NCBI GenBank assembly: GCA_038279365.1
Contig: JAYODI010000121.1
Coordinates: 1-12,761 of the forward strand
Origin: Candidatus Latescibacterota bacterium
GTDB taxonomy: Bacteria > Latescibacterota > UBA2968
Reading direction: 5' to 3'
Length of the DNA: 12,761 nucleotides
Of the stretch, positions 8,165-12,761 are shown one piece after another. The notes below the pieces were generated by a model. That model ran no database searches. It was given only the letters and a program-made list of their open reading frames with translations, and had not been told where the DNA came from. The first letter of the stretch is position 1. Each line of letters starts with the position of its first letter. A program made the translations under genes and the position numbers.

Positions 8165-9181
8165 TTAAATATCAAGTGTGCTCGACTTCACGCGCAAACC
8201 ATTCGAAGCCTCACGCACCATATCCGCTATCATCTTCACCGAAAACTTCACCCCCCACGTTGCCCGAGGTTGCCCAATAGACGACAGCTTGATCAACACA
8301 TTGTCATCGCGAAACACCACAGAAATGCCAAAGTATTGAACCAAATCGCCTTCCTGAACCATCATCGAAACCAATCGATGCCCTTCTTCCAGATGTGCAT
8401 ACACGTCCATCAACTTAACCACCACAGGCACACCCTCATGGGTTTCATGCCAAACCTGGCGCTCAACACCCTTTAAAACCGCGTGACCATCCACTTCACC
8501 TTCCAAAATCACATTTGGCATATCACCCACCTTATCAACTTCAACCGTCCCATTCAAATTGCTGTTTTGTTGCCATTCAAAATAATGAATCGGCACACCC
8601 GATTGTAACGCTTTTTCTTCATACTTGGTTGGCCGACGCCCCGGCACAAAATCAATCCACGTGGTCTCATGCTGAGACCGCAAATCAGATTGTCCTTCCA
8701 AAGCCTCTGCTATCCACGCGGCATAGTCGGCCTGATCGGTTGCAATGGTCACCAAACCATCTCCCGTCAATCGTTCAGCCAATGTGCGCACAAATGGCGC
8801 CTGAATCAATCGCCTATTGTGATGCCGTTCTTTGTGCCAAGGATCAGGAAAATTGATATACACTTCTTTCAACGACTGCGTGTTAAACAAACGATGCATG
8901 GCAAATGACGCATCGGCTTCCAATACACGCACATTTTTAAGCCCTAAAGATTCCACACGTTTAAACATGCGAAGTACAGAAGACCACGCCCGTTCAATGC
9001 CCACAAAATTGCGATCTGGATGGGCCAATGCCAAATCTTCCAAAAACTGACCGTTTCCAAAACCGATTTCCACCACCAAATCACCCGACCGACCAAAAAG
9101 TGTATCCCAATTAATGGGCCAATCCAAACGTTGCCACGGCACCCAATATTGACAAATTGCTTCACTCAACGGTAACGACAT
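8165..9181 (-). CDS. trmB: tRNA (guanine-N7, m7G46)-methyltransferase TrmB with a ~118-aa C-terminal extension
   Basis: VEIGFGNG SAM motif, FVGIE, YINFPDPWHKERHHNRRL, ATDQADYA and TKYEEK are TrmB motifs; an extra domain follows from about residue 221 (MPNVIL...). Confidence 0.93.
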   Translation of the reverse strand: MSLPLSEAICQYWVPWQRLDWPINWDTLFGRSGDLVVEIGFGNGQFLEDLALAHPDRNFVGIERAWSSVLRMFKRVESLGLKNVRVLEADASFAMHRLFNTQSLKEVYINFPDPWHKERHHNRRLIQAPFVRTLAERLTGDGLVTIATDQADYAAWIAEALEGQSDLRSQHETTWIDFVPGRRPTKYEEKALQSGVPIHYFEWQQNSNLNGTVEVDKVGDMPNVILEGEVDGHAVLKGVERQVWHETHEGVPVVVKLMDVYAHLEEGHRLVSMMVQEGDLVQYFGISVVFRDDNVLIKLSSIGQPRATWGVKFSVKMIADMVREASNGLRVKSSTLDI

Positions 9182-9207
9182 CTGACCACTTTCTATTGAT
9201 AAAAACT

Positions 9208-9303
9208 GTCACAAGTCTCAGGTCTGCATGTCTCAAGCCAAAATACATTGGATTATTTTCAGACCTGCGACCTGCAACTTGTGACTTGTGACTTGTGACC
9301 TAT
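9208..9303. repeat. Inverted heptamer tandem arrays (GACYTGY x6 facing about four reverse-complement units)
   Basis: Right arm GACCTGC GACCTGC AACTTGT GACTTGT GACTTGT GACCTAT (9262-9303). Left arm GTCACAA GTCTCAG GTCTGCAT GTCTCAA (9208-9236). GTCACAAGTC/GACTTGTGAC and CAGGTCTG/CAGACCTG are exact complements. Confidence 0.8.
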
Positions 9304-9314
9304 AACGCGCATCT

Positions 9315-9343
9315 AACTTATACAATCACCATCAACCTGTCAA
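9315..9343 (-). promoter_or_regulatory. Putative internal sigma70 promoter for trmB-ybjT-ybgA
   Basis: On the minus strand, perfect TTGACA (9343-9338), 17-nt spacer, TAAGTT (9320-9315), pointing at trmB. Confidence 0.55.
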
Positions 9344-9351
9344 CGCAACCC

Positions 9352-9765
9352 TCACCCCATTTGAAGCATTCCCAAACACAATATGCCACGCGCTGTCCAC
9401 GCAAACGTTCGGATCCAATTTGTTTGCACCAACATACGATGGTGTTCACCATCAAACCTCAAAAGCAATTGATTGTGTCGTGGTACTTGCAACAAAACAG
9501 TCGACAACCAAATCAAGACCAACAAGCCCAAACCCATCCATAAAAAAATCGACGCACCAACAAACAACAACCACACGCCCGTAAATGCCTCCACCAACAT
9601 CCCTGGGCCCACCACCCACGTTGTGCGACGCATGTGATCTGCTTGATACGTTACATAACCTGTCACACCCACCTGTTTCATCAATGGGTAATGTACCATC
9701 TGCACAAACCAAATCACACCCACCATAAACCAAGTGGCCATCACATGAACCCATAATATGCTCAT
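9352..9765 (-). CDS. Uncharacterised small membrane protein (~4 TM), possibly DUF1772/anthrone-oxygenase-like
   Basis: 137 aa with hydrophobic helices and motifs IWFVQMVHYP, VVGPGMLVE, QVPRH and NWIRT; 18 nt downstream of the photolyase stop; G/T-ending codon bias like neighbouring minus-strand genes. Family assignment is tentative. Confidence 0.8.
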   Translation of the reverse strand: MSILWVHVMATWFMVGVIWFVQMVHYPLMKQVGVTGYVTYQADHMRRTTWVVGPGMLVEAFTGVWLLFVGASIFLWMGLGLLVLIWLSTVLLQVPRHNQLLLRFDGEHHRMLVQTNWIRTFAWTARGILCLGMLQMG

Positions 9766-9783
9766 CTTAAAAATCCGCCCAAT

Positions 9784-11136
9784 CTACAGTCGATTCACTT
9801 TCTCAACATATCCATCTGCATCAAATTTGCGCTTCAACCCACTGTCATTCATATACCGCACCATACCAAAAACCGCGCGCTCTTTCCAAGGCCGATCATG
9901 TTTGCCAAAACACCATGCCACCCCCGTAAACGAATTGGCATCGCGCCCATCTAAGGCATACTTATTATTTAAAAACAAAGCCATTTCAAAAGCCTGCTGA
10001 GGCGTCTCACTCCATTCAATAAATTTTTTACCCCAATACATACGCATATAATTATGCATCTTGCCGGTCTTCACCATTTCCATCTGTGCCGCATTCCAAT
10101 ACGGATCATGTGTTTTGGCTGTTTCCCACGTTTCCAAATCATATACATATTCTCGCACATCGTCTTCGTGTTGGGCCAACGTTTTTTTTGCCCACTCTGG
10201 TAATGCGTCATACTGATCATAATAAGGGTTGTGATGCACAAAATTCATACTCAATTCTCGGCGCACCACCAACTCTTCCAAATACGCTTCTGTATCTTCC
10301 GTTTCACCTGCCACATCTTGCATCTGCAACAAAATATCCAACGGTGATACCTGCCCAAAATGCAAATAGAGGCTCATGTGCGACACCCCATTCACATTGG
10401 GGTCATTGCGCCTTGTTGCATACCCATTCAATCGCGATTCTACAAACGATTGCAACATCTTTTGTGCAGCCACCTCTCCCCCCACAAACGTATTCACACG
10501 CCCCACACGCCGATCAATCTTCATCCTTGCCAAAACACCATCCACATCCAACACATCCACCCCTTCAAAATCCATCTTCAACGAAGGCTGCTTCACCTGC
10601 ACATCATCCAACGGCACCCAATAATCTTCCAACACCTTATGAATCTTTGGCCGAATGGTACGCGCCGCATACTCCTCCTTATCCGTCACCACATCCACAG
10701 GCACCACCACATCCGTTTCCACCTGCACCACACCACAAGGCGCATCAGCCACCACACGAGATCGCCACACTTTCTGAATCTTCAAATACCCTCTATCCAT
10801 CACCAACAACGCCGCATCCTTCGCCAAAGACAAGGCCGCCACATCAGGCGATTGATGTTTCAATACAAACCGAATCTTGCGCTTTTTCAACGCAATCGCC
10901 ACATCGCGCAAACCTTCAAGCATAAACGCATAATGCCGTTCATTGGCCTCGGGGAAATCATCCGTCAACCCAAACACCACCACCACAGGCACATTCAGTT
11001 CATTCGCCCGATGTATGGCATACATCAATGCATGGTTATACCGCACCCGTTGCGCCTGTTGCATCCAATACAACACATACTTCCCACCTTCTTGCAAACC
11101 ATCTTTCCTGACTAGAATCCGCTCAGTCTCTATCAT
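9784..11136 (-). CDS. phrB: Class II CPD DNA photolyase
   Basis: Class II signature motifs YVLYWMQQAQR..YNHAL, EYAARTIRPKI, SHMSLYLHFGQVS, EELVVRRELSMNF, THDPYWNAAQ, GKMHNYMRMYWGKKFIEW, LDGRDAN and HDRPWKER..FG.VRYM. ATG 11136 (MIETERI) preferred over TTG 11181. Confidence 0.95.
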   Translation of the reverse strand: MIETERILVRKDGLQEGGKYVLYWMQQAQRVRYNHALMYAIHRANELNVPVVVVFGLTDDFPEANERHYAFMLEGLRDVAIALKKRKIRFVLKHQSPDVAALSLAKDAALLVMDRGYLKIQKVWRSRVVADAPCGVVQVETDVVVPVDVVTDKEEYAARTIRPKIHKVLEDYWVPLDDVQVKQPSLKMDFEGVDVLDVDGVLARMKIDRRVGRVNTFVGGEVAAQKMLQSFVESRLNGYATRRNDPNVNGVSHMSLYLHFGQVSPLDILLQMQDVAGETEDTEAYLEELVVRRELSMNFVHHNPYYDQYDALPEWAKKTLAQHEDDVREYVYDLETWETAKTHDPYWNAAQMEMVKTGKMHNYMRMYWGKKFIEWSETPQQAFEMALFLNNKYALDGRDANSFTGVAWCFGKHDRPWKERAVFGMVRYMNDSGLKRKFDADGYVEKVNRL

Positions 11137-11223
11137 TTCGCCACCCAATCCTATCAAATGAATATGCCATGTTCTACCCAATCAACATACTCAAAAGTTC
11201 TCAACTTGACGACTCCTTATAAC

Positions 11224-11252
11224 AAAAAAAGAGTGTTCTAAAATGAACACTC
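11224..11252 (-). terminator. Intrinsic terminator downstream of the Gfo/Idh/MocA gene
   Basis: Minus strand GAGTGTTC-ATTTTA-GAACACTC followed by T7; separates the oxidoreductase from the photolyase cluster. Confidence 0.75.
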
Positions 11253-11371
11253 CTTTCGCATCTGAAATCAAAACACAGGTGATTGAACCATACGTCGCAC
11301 ACGGCCATTGCAGTCGTCCAAGGCCAAAATGGAGATTTTAAAACAGTTTCTTAAGTTCCAAAACCACTTCC

Positions 11372-12424
11372 TCAATCCAACAAAATATCCAAGGTCTGCT
11401 CCGATGCATCAATCAACGGGTGGTTCACATCTTGAAGTGGCAGTTCTACAATCTGTCTGCTTTGAGCCGACTGATAGGCCGCCATCTTGATTTGCATCAC
11501 AGCAAGCCCATTATGCACACCCGTTATAGGTTCCAAATCCTGCTCAATACAATCAAGCAAATGCTGCACACACGGAACCAACATCCTTTCTGCTGGCGGT
11601 TCAACCGCAACAGACTCACCATTTACCACAATCGATTTACGCGTCACCTGTGCCGAAACCCCATTCCCCGTCACATTGATCGCATCTGCCTCCACACCCA
11701 TTCCTTTTGCCTGAGATCGTCCCAATGTCAGCGTAGCCACCATTTCATCATATTCACACCACAATGTCGCAATATCTTCAGAGCCAAAAGCTTTGTATTC
11801 TTCAAAATAAACATTGTGCATCCGACACAATATGCGGTTTGGCAAACCAAACAACCAATACATATAATCCACAGCATGACTACCCAAATTCATCAACTCA
11901 CCGCCACCATTTTGCCGCATAGGTGTTGGGTAACTCACATAGTCCATCAAATTGCCTTCAAACTGTTTCACACTGTTGTGTGCATAAGCCACCACATGAC
12001 CAAATTCTCCATGATCTATCGCTTTTTTCAACCGCACCATCGCAGGCATAAACCGCAAAGGATAGCCCAACAATACTTTCACATCAGACCCCGAGACCGC
12101 TTTCACAATATCCTGCGCCTCAGTTGCAGTACGCCCCAACGGTTTATCAACCAACACATGTTTGCCATTGGCAACTGCCTTTTGAATTAACGACCGCTTT
12201 AAATAAAAATCCGTGCAAATCGACACAATATCCACATCCGGATTTTCAAGCACAGCGTCATAATCGGTGGCAACATCAACACCATACAGATCTTTTAATG
12301 CACGCCCCTTTTCAACATGGTGCTCTGCCGCTGCAACAATGTCACAATCTGGGTGATTGTGCCACACAGGCCCAAACGTATTTTGATGCGCCCGGTTGCC
12401 AATCAATCCAATGCGATAGGCCAT
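11372..12424 (-). CDS. Gfo/Idh/MocA-family oxidoreductase
   Basis: N-terminal RIGLIG Rossmann strand, DVDIVSICT, GKHVLVDKP (EKP variant), GYPLRF and GGGELMNLGSHAVD; strong AAGGAG RBS. Confidence 0.9.
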   Translation of the reverse strand: MAYRIGLIGNRAHQNTFGPVWHNHPDCDIVAAAEHHVEKGRALKDLYGVDVATDYDAVLENPDVDIVSICTDFYLKRSLIQKAVANGKHVLVDKPLGRTATEAQDIVKAVSGSDVKVLLGYPLRFMPAMVRLKKAIDHGEFGHVVAYAHNSVKQFEGNLMDYVSYPTPMRQNGGGELMNLGSHAVDYMYWLFGLPNRILCRMHNVYFEEYKAFGSEDIATLWCEYDEMVATLTLGRSQAKGMGVEADAINVTGNGVSAQVTRKSIVVNGESVAVEPPAERMLVPCVQHLLDCIEQDLEPITGVHNGLAVMQIKMAAYQSAQSRQIVELPLQDVNHPLIDASEQTLDILLD

Positions 12425-12557
12425 ACCAATTCTCCTTTTACACGGATCCAGCTACAATATTTAGAATCAACATCTGGCTTTATATTTTCACAATATAATA
12501 TACCTCTTGAATACCAAATAGGGTCATATGAGCTAACATTCTATCCGTGATACCACT

Positions 12558-12603
12558 AAAAAAGGCAGATCCGAGCATGGAGGGATACGCCCGAATCTGC
12601 CTT
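12558..12603 (-). terminator. Intrinsic terminator after the partial upstream gene
   Basis: Minus strand AAGGCAGATTCGGGCGT-ATCCCTCC-ATGCTCGGATCTGCCTT then TTTT: a 17-bp stem with three G-U pairs that pair only on the minus strand. Confidence 0.8.
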
Positions 12604-12629
12604 ATAACACCCAATAAAAGGGTGTAAAA

Positions 12630-12761
12630 CTATGCCATCGCCACTTCTTTTACGTTGCGACGGGTTTCCATTTCATATTTGGCACGCGCAATGGCCCGAA
12701 TGTGATCGGCCTTGCCTTCTTCTTCTGCCAGTGCATAAACCAAGGCCAACATGCCCAAATC
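12630..12761 (-). CDS. 3' end of an unidentified protein (partial, runs off the window)
   Basis: Open minus frame DLGMLALVYALAEEEGKADHIRAIARAKYEMETRRNVKEVAMA* ends at TAG 12632-12630 just before a terminator. Not in the ORF track because no start is available for a long ORF. Confidence 0.7.
   Translation of the reverse strand, partial: DLGMLALVYALAEEEGKADHIRAIARAKYEMETRRNVKEVAMA

Noticed and set aside
9208-9303. Possible CRISPR array
   Set aside because: Units are 7 nt with no unique spacers, and there are no cas genes in the window.
11137-11223. Photolyase promoter candidates (GAACTT ECF-like -35; TCGTCA-N17-TATGTT) and the 15-codon TTG extension to 11181
   Set aside because: There is no matching ECF -10 and the sigma70 match is weak. 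The extension has no photolyase-like sequence, so ATG 11136 was used.

Overview
Bacterial chromosomal window with about 12 genes and no mobile-element enzymes, tRNA, rRNA or CRISPR. Plus strand: an MFS transporter, a signal-peptide-less aryl-sulfate sulfotransferase (ASST)-family gene, and an N-terminally truncated VapC/PIN remnant. Minus strand, in transcription order: the 3' end of an unknown gene, a Gfo/Idh/MocA oxidoreductase, a five-gene cluster (class II CPD photolyase, His-bearing 4-TM membrane protein, long-form TrmB tRNA m7G46 methyltransferase, YbjT-like SDR/DUF2867, YbgA/RudS-like DUF523+DUF1722), a histidine phosphatase, an HDAC-family deacetylase and BCP peroxiredoxin. The most interesting signal is the photolyase cluster, which pairs a putative tRNA s4U eraser with a tRNA m7G46 writer and suggests a light/UV-stress tRNA-remodelling module (inference). 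Also notable: a ~185-bp multi-hairpin element between ybgA and the phosphatase, three separate intergenic heptamer arrays, and a strong C-over-G plus-strand skew independent of gene direction. All product calls come from motifs read by eye; no database search was run.
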